Shown piece by piece: positions 1 to 12,909 of a stretch of 64,000 nt of DNA. The number at the start of each line of letters is the position of its first letter. The first letter of the stretch is position 1. The notes beneath the pieces were generated by a model. The model was given only the letters and a program-made list of their open reading frames with translations, was not told where the DNA came from and did no database searches. This stretch comes from Chrysomallon squamiferum (Eukaryota; Animalia; Mollusca), in assembly GCA_012295275.1 (NCBI GenBank), contig CM022676.1, forward strand, positions 2,108,001-2,172,000, in the 5' to 3' direction. The translations under genes and the position numbers were made by a program.

Positions 1-313
1 TAGATTTAAGTAATTCGAACGATTTCAGGCAGGCTCATTGTATTTTATCAGACACTTTGTGTCAGTGTTTATAAACTTTAGAGGACTAAAATTTCATATA
101 ATGAGATATTTTAGAGCATCGGCGAACGATGTTGGTAGTTGATTAACTTTAACAGATGGAGCGGTGAGCGAGGCTTGGAGTTTAGGTTTAGAAACTGGTG
201 GGGTAGCCTTTAAATTTGGACGTTTACACCCGGTTCTAATCGGTTTTAGAAAGACGCCGTTTTGGTTCATTTGCACGGGTAGTTCCATTTTCTGTTGATG
301 GGATTATTCACTC

Positions 314-344
<31 letters not shown>

Positions 345-855
345 GATTCCCTGCAAAAACCCTTGGAACACAATTTACAAATTCCGATAGTTTAGTTGCT
401 TTTCTTTCTTCCGCACTTTATCGCATTGTATTTAGCTTCATCTAACTGACATTTATTTATTTAAGTAAACATTTTTAGGTAATTTAACAATGTTGATTTC
501 AGGAATCGTTTTATGACATTTTTCGATAAAATGTATAACAATAAACACTGTTCTACTGTGAAATAATAATAAACAATAATAATATCATCATCATCTTTTT
601 TTATTACTATTGTTACTATTGCTACGATTACTACTGCTCCTACTACTACTACTACTCTTTTAGTTATTATTATTGTTATTACTACTATTATTATTAGTAG
701 TAGTAGTAGTATTTTCTATTTGAATTATCATTATTTTCTATTTTATTTATTATTATTTCTTTTTATATAAAAAATCTTATTAAGGGAAAAGATTACATAA
801 ATAAAAATAAAACAAGAAATGGTGCTAAAAATACACGTTTTAATGAAATAAATTG

Positions 856-892
<37 letters not shown>

Positions 893-2591
893 AACTCTCT
901 TGAAAAGAACGAGGTCAAATTCTCGATTCGATAAAAATTATTATATAATATTTTAATATCTCAGGAATTAGTTTGTATTATTCTTCATAAATATTTTACT
1001 GATATTCGTTTACATTATTTAAATAATAAGAATGTAGCACTCACTCATTCTCTCTCTATCTATCTATCTGTCTGTGTATCTATGTGACACACAAACACAC
1101 TCACTCTCACACACATACACACATAAAAACACACACATTAAAAGCATTTACTTGTAAAGAGTATGAAAAAGACAATAAAATGAATCATATTTATGATAAT
1201 AATTTGAAAATAACAGAATACTGCAGTTTTAACATTCGATAATTTCAGTTGTTTTTGGTCTCCAGATTCAAGCTTTACTGTGATAAATACCGTGATGGAA
1301 GTTCATTATATTATTTTATATCTCTAAAAAGGTGAGATAACTGTATGAACTTTTTTGTGTATCAAATTGATAAAATTATTTGTAAGCTTAGGTAGATAGA
1401 TAGATAGATAGATAGCAAATTAATTAATTAATACCTATCTTTTAATCAACAAAGTAATGGCACATCATTTTCAGGGGAGAACATTATTATTATCAAATGT
1501 AGTTATAGAATAGATTATTACCTCACGACTAATGGTGAAGTTGACACATTAGTTTTTATTTTACATATAAATTTTCTCTAATAATCAGTTGAAAGCAGTA
1601 ATATTCCACTCTAAATCAAATCGTGAGTCTTCCAGTTAGTCAGTGAACAAATGACGATGTAAGAGTTTCACGTGACACTTGTGTAGATCAGATTACACTC
1701 AGCGATATTAAAAATAGAATTTTTTGTGTAAACTTTTCCATTGTCAGACGTATTAACTGTTTATCAAGAAGATGTAACATGAAGTTCTAGAACGTAATTA
1801 GTATACGAATATAATAATAATAGTAGTAGTAATAATAATAATAATAAGAATAATGAATAATAAATAAAAATAAAAGATCTTCATGCGTAGACTTTTGAAT
1901 TACATGCATTCTTGATACGTTAAAAGAGATTATTTTCGCCAAAGATGATGAAGATGATGATGATGATAAGATATACAAAACTACACTTAGAAAATTTACA
2001 GCTATTTAATAAATCTAAATAATGTGTCAATAAATATTAAACAATCAACTGCGGTAAAAAAATTGAGCGTATTTATTAAATGAAAATAGGAACATTACGC
2101 CTAATCTGTGTTAAATAAACATTCAGACTAAACTGTTTGGTAGCAGTGTGTTTGTGAATTGTCCTGCGTTTTTCCAACATGTTAACATTGTCACCAGTGA
2201 AAAATAATTTAGTGATAGATACAAGTCATTGATTTGTTCTTTAGAGTTATCTCTCCTGAAATGAACCAGGTCAAAGGTCTTTTAGATGAAATACTCGATT
2301 CGTTAAATGTTTATTAGATATTTTTTAACATTATAATTTACTATTTTATTATATTTTTATATCTAAAGAAATTGTTTTATTATTATTATTCACCAACATT
2401 TCACTAACAGTTCTTTAGTTATTGTTTATTAATATCTCAGCTGAAACAGAAACTAGGTTTCTCGGAAAAGGCAGTCGTGAACAAGGAAGTAATTTGAGAA
2501 TCGAAACACTGCAGGTATTTACTGATATCTTTTATTTCGATCAAGAAATAGCTATATTTTCTGCTGTCACGTTTGTTCTAGATATTTATTA
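1..2591. repeat. Segmental duplication, copy 1 (upstream region of BTB gene 1); may extend left of the window
   Basis: 1..2591 matches 6344..8976 almost base for base; differences are mostly microsatellite and homopolymer lengths. Similarity stops abruptly after 'ttctagatatttatta'. Confidence 0.97.
2441..2514 (+). other. Putative non-coding 5'UTR exon of BTB gene 1 (74 nt)
   Basis: Flanked by ctcag and a CAG|gtattt donor, with no ATG. The copy at 8826..8899 has CAG|gtaatt. Both coding exons downstream start with an acceptor just before the ATG, so an upstream exon is expected. Confidence 0.55.
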
Positions 2592-3034
2592 ATACATACT
2601 TGTCGTTTGGTCGTTTTAGTTAGACCTGCTTTTCAGTTTAACAAATACTCCAAATAATCTTGTTTGTTCTTTATTTTGTTTTTTCTTCTTCGTCTTCTTC
2701 ATCTTTTTCATGAAGTTCGCACTTTCTTTAAGTACTAATGGTTTTTTATTCGTTTTGCTTGTCTGAATGATTTACGAGGGTCATTACCATGGATAAGTTA
2801 AAAATACTTCTAGAACAATAAGAATACAGAATGAAAAATATATCTACTAAGTCACTAATTGGGATTTTATTTCGGAAATTTTAAAAAGGATGAACTGTAA
2901 AACTGGTTCTGGACGTGATGTGCATGAACTGTAGACAAACACCAGAAAGGACATTCTGAAATCAGATCTTGTCGTGTAACTAGAGGTTCTCCTGTATAAA
3001 TATATATTATTTTACATTTATTTACAGTTACGTC

Positions 3035-3670
3035 ATGACTGAACCGAAATTACGTCGCACAGATTATTCACGCAGTTCTGACAGATGGCAGAGAGGGAAA
3101 ACACTAGGTGAATGTTTCCTGCATTCACTTGACAACAAGATTATCTGTGACGTCACATTCCTTGTTGGGCCGAAAAAATCACCTATAGAAGCGCATAAAA
3201 CAATTTTGAGTCTGCGTAGTAGCGTCTTTTTGGCCATGTTCAGATGGCCAGTAAAGGAGCAAAATAATATTGTTATCCCTGATGTGGATCCAGATATTTT
3301 TAAAGAATTTCTCAAGTGAGTGAAATAGTTTTCTTCCTCTTGCTCTTATTATTGTTATCATCTTTCTTGTAGTTGTTCTTGTAGTGTTATATTATTATTG
3401 TCATTGCTATTAATATATCTATTTTTTTCTTGTTCTTGTTTTTGTACTTCTTCTTCTTCTTCTATAATAAATAGGTTTTATCGAATCAGTGATATATATG
3501 AAACAGCGTCATTACTATCGAATTAATCTTATAATTTTATATTCCTAAAATAATCGTAATAATACATTTCTTTCAAAACTAATTTTATTCGTAAAACATG
3601 TTGAGTTTCTTGAAGAATACTGTTTCTACGCCTTTGTTATTGTGACATTTTAGAAATGAATAATCCAACA

Positions 3671-3742
<72 letters not shown>

Positions 3743-4459
3743 TTTTTTATTTTTATTTTTATTTTTTTTTTGTTACATTTTTCTAGTTTCGTGTATAGTG
3801 ACAAAGTCAAAATCAATGACTGCACTGTCGCCGGACTTCTCTATCTCTCCAAGAAGTACGATATCGAAAGTCTTGAGGAGATGTGTTTGAGATATTTGGA
3901 GACGTCGATTACAGCAGAAACTGCGTGCAGAGTAATGGAGCAAGCTCACTTTTATGAAGAGAACACTCTGAAGAAAGCCGCTTTGACCTGCATAGAACAG
4001 AATGGTGATGTCGCTCTGAAATCACCCAACTTCAGTCAGCTGTGTCGCCGCTGCTTGATTGAGATTATTCAGTCAGACGAACTAAGGGTAAATGAAGAGG
4101 TCGTGTTTGAGTCTGTTTTAGCGTGGAGCAAGTCAGCGTGTAAGAGTCACGCAAAGAAGTTCGATTTTGCGAACAGAAGAGCAGTCCTGGGGGATGCTGT
4201 GTGGCTCGTCAGGTATCCATTGATGTCTCACAAATATTTTGTTTACAACGTGTCGTCTGCTGGAATTTTAACTGAATCCGAGGAGCTGAAAATAACCAAG
4301 TGGTTTTTGTGTCCAGAGAGAGACGTTTCACCGTTTATTGCTAAACCAAGACAATGTAGGAAATCCGATACTGAACGGAGCTCTACGATAGCCTCACCGA
4401 TACCTCGTCGCCGGAGATACTCAAGAGAGTTTCCTCCATGTAAAACCGTTTATTGCTAA
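3035..4459 (+). CDS. BTB/POZ-BACK protein (BTBD1/2/3/6-like), C-terminally truncated and lacking an intact PHR domain; join(3035..3315,3787..4459), ~317 aa
   Basis: Exon 1 encodes WQRGKTLGEC..CDVTFLVG..IEAHKTILSLRSSVFLAMF..IPDVDPDIFKEFL (BTB). A phase-2 intron (AA|gtgagt..ctag|T) joins to FVYSD..LLYLSKKYDI..BACK (EEVVFESVLAWS, VRYPLM). Stop at 4459. Confidence 0.88.
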
Positions 4460-4895
4460 AGCAAGACAATCTTGGAAGTCCAAAAAGAGACCGTCATCTA
4501 AATATTGCTGAAGAGATTTAGATAAGAGTTTTCGGCTTGAACCTCCATGGTAAGCTTGCAAGATTTGAGTTGTTTGGAACTGATAACAACAAACTGAACG
4601 TTTCAAAATCAAATGTTTTGTAACGAAGACGGCAGGTTCGACAATACTTTAACAGTCTTAGCGCAGGCAAACATTTTTAACGTTTACTTTATTTGAGCTT
4701 TCCCACTGGTTAAATATTAAAGGTATTGGTTAATAGTAACGAAAAAATGTTCTGATCCGATGTGGAAATTAGTTTTCTGAGTGGAGATTTGCTTTCCTCG
4801 TTTTATTACTTAGTAGCGACAAAGCATAGCAGTAATGAACAGTAATGGCACATGTGTTTCTTATGGACAGTTTCCTTCAGTGTTCAGACTACTTA
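4460..4895 (+). pseudogene. Decayed PHR-domain coding remnant behind the stop of BTB gene 1
   Basis: Out-of-frame fragments LNLHGKLARFELFGTD (~4537) and NSNGTCVSYGQFPSVF (4838..) align by eye with the paralog's VNMVASLLGFEMYGNP and SGNGTSVMSGQIPVLIF. Confidence 0.75.
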
Positions 4896-5249
4896 TCTAC
4901 TATCACCAGAGCGAATATTACCAGCAAAAAGAATTACTTGAGACTGCTGTTATTACCACTAATAATGTTGTTACTGATGTGATTATCTATAAACTGTTGT
5001 CACATTTCAGAGAAACACACTTCTGGAAAAATACATTTATAAAGCTATTTAAATCTATTTCAAAAGCTATTTGTGAGGTAGCTTTTTCAAATAGTTAAAA
5101 AAATAACAACAGAATGAAATTTAAAAAGAATTAATGGAATTAAAAATTAAAACATAAACAAACGAAAAATAACAAACGTTTGGAAAATAACCCATCATAT
5201 CCTTTAAAAACATTAAAAAATAACTTAAAACACGTTCGTACATTTTATT

Positions 5250-6100
5250 GAATTAATTCGAAAATCCTTCGGAAACATAATTTTATACAGCCATATTATT
5301 CAGAAAATCGGGAAGAGACTAAAATGTCTTTTAGAATCAGGTTCCTCCTGGAATTTTCATAGTAATATAAGTTAAACTATTGTTCATTCATGATTTTACA
5401 AATGTTACTAACTCATAACATGTTTTGTGTTTGGCTGACATACTGGTTTTTACATAAGTTATCAAATCAAAACAATTCTGGAATCACTTTCCAGATTAGT
5501 TCGGATTTGGTATTCAATTTTGTTTAGTTCGCTACTGAATGTAGACTGAGTCTTATGATTGGGACTTTATATGGTTTAAAAGTCTATGTTGGATCCAAGG
5601 GTTTTTTAAATTCTCTAACTGTTTAAATTTAATTTGTCTTAGAACTCGTTTAGAAAACCTCTCGATTTCCCCATACGAAATAAGACTGAATATGTCTTAC
5701 TAATGTGTTCTTTGTTATTCGAATTTCTGTGGATTCTAATGAACTGAGATTTAACGATACCTTGAAACGTGTGATGAGGTTATAATGATGTATAATCAGC
5801 AGTTGATGTTTGTCCTGGGTTTACAAAATACTTTATTATCTAAATACTTCGATTTCAAACTGTGTACCTTTATGAAGCATTACATCCCAAAAGTCTGCAG
5901 TCTGATCTGATCTTTTAGTTCTGTATTATCATTTTGTTATTTGAATAATGTGTTAATTTTCTAACATTTTTGTAAGTTTTAACGATCTCGGGATTTATCT
6001 TTGAACGATGTGTTTTTCTGTGAAGAGTAATTTTTCCCTAGTTGATTTTATAAAGTAGCCGGCTAATTTCATTTTATGTCTATAACACCCGTTATCGAAA
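5250..6100 (-). mobile_element. Degenerate Penelope-like retroelement (RT C-terminal/thumb region plus GIY-YIG endonuclease); boundaries approximate
   Basis: The minus strand gives frameshifted DFWDVMLHKG..KYLDNKVFCKP..DKHQLL..PHHTFQGIVKSQFIRIHRNSNNKEH..LFRMGKSRGF (~5900..5650), then LCKNQYVSQTQNML (~5458..5417). This matches the PLE order FLD / KPTD / HP..I.KSQF.R / RGY, then C.KQYVGQT. Confidence 0.65.
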
Positions 6101-6343
6101 ACTGAGTGTTTGGGCTTGCAGGGTGGGATCAAAATTAAAGCCTTAGTCCAGTACTGACTTTTCATCTTTCTTAACTGGTTTATGCTAATTGAATGATTTT
6201 GGTCTTTAAAGTTTATTTCGGTATTTAAAATTATGTTTTCTGGCAGTCATTTAATTTTATAATTAGTGACCATTGTTCTAAAATGATTAAAGTTGGCTGG
6301 ATAGCATTCTACTTGGACCTGATCACGTTTATCTACATTTATC

Positions 6344-8147
6344 TAGATTTAAGTAATTCGAACGATTTCAGGCAGGCTCATTGTATTTTATCAGACACTT
6401 TGTGTCAGTGTTTATAAACTTTAGAAGGCTAAAATTTTATATAATGAGATATTTTAGAGCATCGGCGAACGATGTTGGTAGTTGATTAACTTTAACAGAT
6501 GGAAGTGAGCGAGGCTTGGAGTTTAGGTTTAGAAACTGGTGGGGTAGCCTTTAAATTTGGACGTTTACACCCGGTTCTAATCGGTTTTAGAAAGACGCCG
6601 TTTTGGTTCATTTGCACGGGTAGTTCCATTTTTTGTTGATGGGATTATTCACTCTATTTTTTTTTTTTTTTTTTTTGATTCCCTGCAAAACCCTTGGAAC
6701 AAAATTTACAAATTCCGATAGTTTAGTTGCTTTTCTTTCTTCCGCACTTTATCACATTTGTATTTAGCTTCATCTAACTGACATTTATTTATTTAAGTAA
6801 ACATTTTTAGGTAATTTAACAATGTTGATTTCAGGAATCGTTTTAATGACATTTTTCGATAAAATGTATAACAATAAACACTGTTCTACTGTGAAATAAT
6901 AATAAACAATAATAATATCATCATCATCTTTTTTTATTACTATTGTTACTATTGCTACGATTACTACTGCTCCTACTACTACTACTACTCTTTTAGTTAT
7001 TATTATTGTTATTACTACTATTATTATTAGTAGTAGTAGTAGTATTTTCTATTTGAATTATCATTATTTTCTATTTTATTTATTATTATTTCTTTTTATA
7101 TAAAAAATCTTATTAAGGGAAAAGATTACATAAATAAAAATAAAACAAGAAATGGTGCTAAAAATACACGTTTTAATGAAATAAATTGTTCAGAGAGAGA
7201 GAGAGAGAGAGATTTGTAACTCTCTTGAAAAGAACGAGGTCAAATTCTCGATTCGATAAAAATTATTATATAATATTTTAATATCTCAGGAATTAGTTTG
7301 TATTATTCTTCATAAATATTTTACTGATATTCGTTTACATTATTTAAATAATAAGAATGTAGCACTCACTCATTCTCTCTCTATCTATCTATCTGTCTGT
7401 GTATCTATGTGACAGACAAACACACTCACTCTCACACACATACACACATAAAAACACACACATTAAAAGCATTTACTTGTAAAGAGTATGAAAAAGACAA
7501 TAAAATGAATCATATTTATGATAATAATTTGAAAATAACAGAATACTGCAGTTTTAACATTCGATAATTTCAGTTGTTTTTGGTCTCCAGATTCAAGCTT
7601 TACTGTGATAAATACCGTGATGGAAGTTCATTAAATTATTTTATCTCTCTAAAAAGGTGAGATAACTATATGAACTTTTTTGTGTATCAAATTGATAAAA
7701 TTATTTGTAAGCTTAGGTAGATAGATAGATAGATAGCAAATTAATTAATTAATACCTATCTTTTAATCAACAAAGTAATGGCACATAATTTTCAGGGGAG
7801 AACATTATTATTATCAAATGTAGTTATAGAATAGATTATTACCTCACGACTAATGGTGAAGTTGACACATTAGTTTTTATTTTACATATAAATTTTCTCT
7901 AATAATCAGTTGAAAGCAGTAATATTACACTCTAAATCAAATCGTGAGTCTTCCAGTTAGTCAGTGAACAAATGACGATGTAAGAGTATCACGTGACACT
8001 TGTGTAGATCAGATTACACTCAGCGATATTGAAAGTAGAATTTTTTGTGTAAACTTTTCCATTGTCACACGTATTAACTGTTTATCGAGAAGATGTAACA
8101 TGAAGTTCTAGAACGTAATTACTATGCGAATATAATAATAATAGTAA

Positions 8148-8231
<84 letters not shown>

Positions 8232-8976
8232 ATAATAAATAATAATAAAAGATCTTCATGCGTAGAATTTTGAATTACATGCATTCTTGATACGTTAAAA
8301 GAGATTATTTTCGCCAAAGATGATGAAGATGATGATGATGATAAGATATACAAAACTACACTTAGAAAATTTACAGCTATTTAATAAATCTAAATAATGT
8401 GTCAATAAATATTAAGCAGTCAACTGCGGTAAAAAAAAATTGAGCGTATTTATTAAATGAAAATAGGAACATTACGCCTAATCTGTGTTAAATAAACATT
8501 CAGACTAAACTGTTTGGTAGCACGGTGTATTGGTTCTTCTGAATTGTCCTGTGTTTTTCCAACATGTTAACGTTGTCAGCAGTGAAAAATAATTTAGTGA
8601 TAGATACAAGTCATTGATTTGTTCTTTAGAGTTATCTCTCCTGAAATGAACCAGGTCAAAGGTCTTTTAGATGAAATACTCGATTCGTTAAATGTTTATT
8701 AGATATTTTTTAGCATTATAATTTATTGTTTTATTATATTTTTATATCTAAAGAAATTGTTTTATTATTATTATTCACCAACATTTCACTAACAGTTCTT
8801 TAGTTATTGTTTATTAATATCTCAGCTGAAACAGAAACTAGGTTTCTCGGAAAAGGCAGTCGTGAACAAGGAAGTAATTTGAGAATCGAAACACTGCAGG
8901 TAATTACTGATATATTTTATTTCGATCAAGTAATAGCTATATTTTCTGCTGTCACGTTTGTTCTAGATATTTATTA
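6344..8976. repeat. Segmental duplication, copy 2 (upstream region of BTB gene 2, including putative 5'UTR exon 8826..8899)
   Basis: Near-identical to 1..2591. Confidence 0.97.
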
Positions 8977-9982
8977 CTACAACCAGTAACGTTATTTTTT
9001 ATAAATTTTGTTTATTTTTCCAGTTTAAAACTGATATACTTCAAAGAAATGTGTATTTAGGTCACGCCATCATAGTTGTGTCACAGACGTTATTTAATAA
9101 AAAAGTTATTCAGAAATAAAGATCAGTTACGTTGTATAGTTCGAAATTATCACTTATAAAGAGTTGTTCAAATTGAATCTTTTGATTTTTTTATATTTTT
9201 TTAAAATTATTATTAACTGTTTTTTAAATATGAAGAAAAATTGACCCGATTATGTACTTTTTAATAACAGAGGAAAGGGTATGTTATATTTGTATCACTT
9301 ACCGTAAAACCAGACAGGTAAATGAAATTAACATACACCTAGTGGAAAAGTCGCGTTGTCTGATGTTTCCTTTTGTGAAAATTAAAACAGCACATCAACA
9401 ATAACAAATTCATCAGCATCAAGATGTACGACAAAAAAGTAATAATAACAATAATAATAATAATAATAATTACAACAACAACATTAACAATAATAATAAT
9501 AATAACAACAATAATAATAATAAAAAAAAATATATGATATTAGAAATTAACAATGATGTATTTTACTCTAATAAATAAAGATAAAATGAAATTAAAAATT
9601 AAAGATCATGTATAGAGAAAACATTTTGTTTCTAAAATGACATTTTTAACGTTAGAATTGTTTTAGCTGGTACAAGCTGAAAAACTTAGTATATTTGAAT
9701 ATGGATGCGTTTAGTCTGTGTATGTGTGTCAGTGTATCTGCGTGTGTGTGTTTTTAGATGTGTGGGTGTTTATGTGAATGTGTCTGTATATGTGTGTTAA
9801 ATATCTATGTGTTTATGTATGTTAGTATATGTGTTTGAGTTTGTATGTATTTAGTTGTGGACATGAATGTGTGTCTGTGTGTACTTCTGTGTTGGTGTAT
9901 GTATATATGTATCTGTGCGTGCTTGCCTTAATATTTGTACGAATATTTTCTTTTTTCAGGTTTTAAATATCAAGTAAATAAA

Positions 9983-10413
9983 ATGGCAACAGAAGGAACG
10001 TCTGGTTTCACTGACAAGTGGCAAAAAGGAAAGTCGGTCACGGAATGTCTGAGATTTTCTCTGCAAAATAAAATTCTCTGTGACGTCATTTTCATTGTTG
10101 GACAAGAACGGAAACGTTTAGAGGCTCACAGACTGATTCTTAGTCTGCGCAGTCCTGTCTTCTTGGCCATGATGACAGGATTGTTATCAGAACAAGATAA
10201 TATTTCCATACCAGACATCGAACCTGACATTTTTGAAGCATTTCTAACGTAAGATAATTTTATTGTTGCTAACACGACTTTCTTAACCTTCTTATTTCTA
10301 AGCTATTACTCGTCAATAAGCATCATTAAAAATAGTTTCTTCTTCAGTATCATCATCTTCATCATCATTGTTACTACTACTACTACTACTACTACTACTA
10401 GTACTACTAGTAC

Positions 10414-10468
<55 letters not shown>

Positions 10469-11985
10469 TTAAATAAAATAGTTTGTCAGTTGACTTCATA
10501 ATAATTAAGTTATTTTAGTCAGCTTATTCTTAAAATAATCAATAAAATACACCAAGAAATGTTTAATGTAATTATGACTTCCATGTAGTGTACATTCGCA
10601 TGATCAGTTAGTACTGGAAAATTCACTGGCGTGTGAGACATGCAGAGAGCTTTCAGACAGCTGATGAATATTCGTCCTATAAAACTTACAAAAAGATCCA
10701 GTGAATATTCAATCATAGCTGTCCTGACACACGCACACGCGCACATATACACGCAACACACACACGCACGCAGTTTGCTGTAGATAAGTAAAGTTACATG
10801 AAAATACCAGTAGTTCTAATAATTGTGAATTACAAACATTAATTAAATATGGCAAAATAATTTTTTGAAATCTCAGCTTTTCCAAATAGTTAAGTGAAAA
10901 TAATTTACTAAATTAATCCGATTCTTTACAGATTCATGTACACTGATGACGTCATCATTAATGGCAGCAACGTCACTGGTTTGCTTTATGCCTCTAAAAA
11001 ATACGAGATCACAGATCTGTCAGACAAATGTCTGGCCTACATGGAGTCGTCGTTGACGTCACGTGACGTATGTGTTGTTCTAGAACAGGCACATCTGTAT
11101 GCTGAAGAGAACTTGATGAAGAAATGTCTGACATTTATTTGGAAGAATGGTGACGACGTGTTGAAGTCGGATAGTTTCTCTGATCTGTGTAGTGATTGTT
11201 TCAGAAAGATCATCGAGACTGATGATCTGGCAGCTAAAGAGGAGACAGTCTTCGAAGCATCCATTGCGTGGAGCGATAATAACTGCAGACAAGAAGGAAG
11301 GGAGATAACTCCAGAAAACATACGTCAGGCTCTAGTGGAGTCCATCCATATGATTCGCTTCCCCATAATGGATCCACAGTATTTTGAAAAGGAAGTCTCT
11401 CCAAAACAGCTTTTGACAGAGTCTGAGGAAATCAAGATACTGAAATTTTTTTTGTATTCAAACAGTGATGTTTCACCATTCAATTCAAATAAAAGAAGGA
11501 ATACATCTAACAAGGAATACAGAATTAGCCGATTTGCAGGGTTTTCAAGAACTAATATGTTGCGTAGTGGTAACATTGATGAAGGCATCGTTTTCAAAGT
11601 AAATATGGTGGCATCACTGCTTGGATTTGAAATGTATGGAAACCCAGACGGAGGCCAATTTGCTGTCAGTGCTTTTGTCTGTGATTTGACCAACGACTGC
11701 GTGCTTCCCGATTCTTACTTGTCCACACAAATAAATTCCAGTGATGAAACGTTTTTGGTAAAATTTTCGAATCCCTTGCTGTTAGGAAAAGACAGGGAGT
11801 ACAAACTGACAGTTAGAATCAGAGGGAAAACCGTCTTTGAGGGCAGAAGTGGGAAGAATGTTGTTGAAGTCGATTCGTTCAAATGTTTCTTCAGCCTCTG
11901 CAAGGAATGTAAACACAGTGGACCAAGTGGTAATGGCACATCTGTGATGTCTGGACAGATTCCTGTTTTAATATTTGTCAAGTAA
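9983..11985 (+). CDS. BTB-BACK-PHR protein (BTBD1/2/3/6-like CUL3 substrate adaptor); join(9983..10248,10932..11985), ~439 aa
   Basis: Acceptor ttttcag at 9959, ATG at 9983, BTB motif LCDVIFIVG..LEAHRLILSLRSPVFLAM. Phase-2 intron AC|gtaag..tacag|A at the same position as in gene 1. BACK domain, then PHR ending NGTSVMSGQIPVLIF. AATAAA at 12104. Confidence 0.93.
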
Positions 11986-12627
11986 GAATTTTCCCAGCTG
12001 AAACAAGCCACTAAGTGTACATTAATGAACACTGGGAAACGAAGATGAATATGAAAGTAAATAGCAACATAATATACACTTACTCTTAAGTTCATCTCTG
12101 AATAATAAAGACTGCCCACGTATCATAATTAAACATTAACTAGGATTATAATGAAGCCGACGAGCAGACATAATCTTGATCATTGTTTTTGTCATGTACC
12201 ATGGATAGAATATTTCAAATAATAATGAAATTTTTACAGTAAAACGTTTTGTTTCTTCTCATTTTGAAAAGTTTATGTTGGTGTATATGGGAGTGTGTAT
12301 GTGTGTCTGTGTGTAAGTGTGTGTGTGTGTACATTTATGTATGTATGTGTGTTTCTGTGTGTGTAATATATATATATATATATAATGTATAAAATAGTGG
12401 AAACCACCGTAATAAATAAATAAATAAATAAATAATAAATATGTATGTATATACACACACATGTAAATCATAATTTTTATTTTGTATTCTGAACACAGCA
12501 TAACACATAATAAACTTCACATGCAGCAGACATTTATATTGCTACAGTTTGACTTTTATTCACAACTTTGGAGACGTGTTCACTGTCACTCTTAGTGTCA
12601 TAGTGGTCAAGACTGTAGCATTAATTT

Positions 12628-12863
12628 TCAGTTACCGAGGTTACTTCCGTTGGTGGCTTCTGCACTGAACACATTCTTTAACTGAAACTATAGAAAAAAC
12701 ATAAGATATGGAACCCGAACAAATACTCTCTATATCTAGATGATATTAAATGAAACGTATGTACATGATATATACGTCTATATGCTTATAAATGAAAACC
12801 AGACAGTTCCCGTGAACTCTATCTATCTCTCTGTCTGTCTGTCTGTCTCTCTCTCTGTCTATA

Positions 12864-12909
<46 letters not shown>

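Noticed and set aside
94-288. 64-aa minus-strand ORF in the duplicated block
   Set aside because: No recognisable domain, and the second copy has a small indel (gatggagcggtgag versus gatggaagtgag) that breaks the frame.
3656-3786. Poly-Ile N-terminus of ORF 3656..4459 as a membrane anchor
   Set aside because: It is an intronic (ATT)n microsatellite upstream of the acceptor at 3786.
11037-12119. Antisense ORFs over the BTB gene (and + strand ORFs over the TRIM gene)
   Set aside because: Shadow ORFs of real coding exons, with no recognisable motifs.
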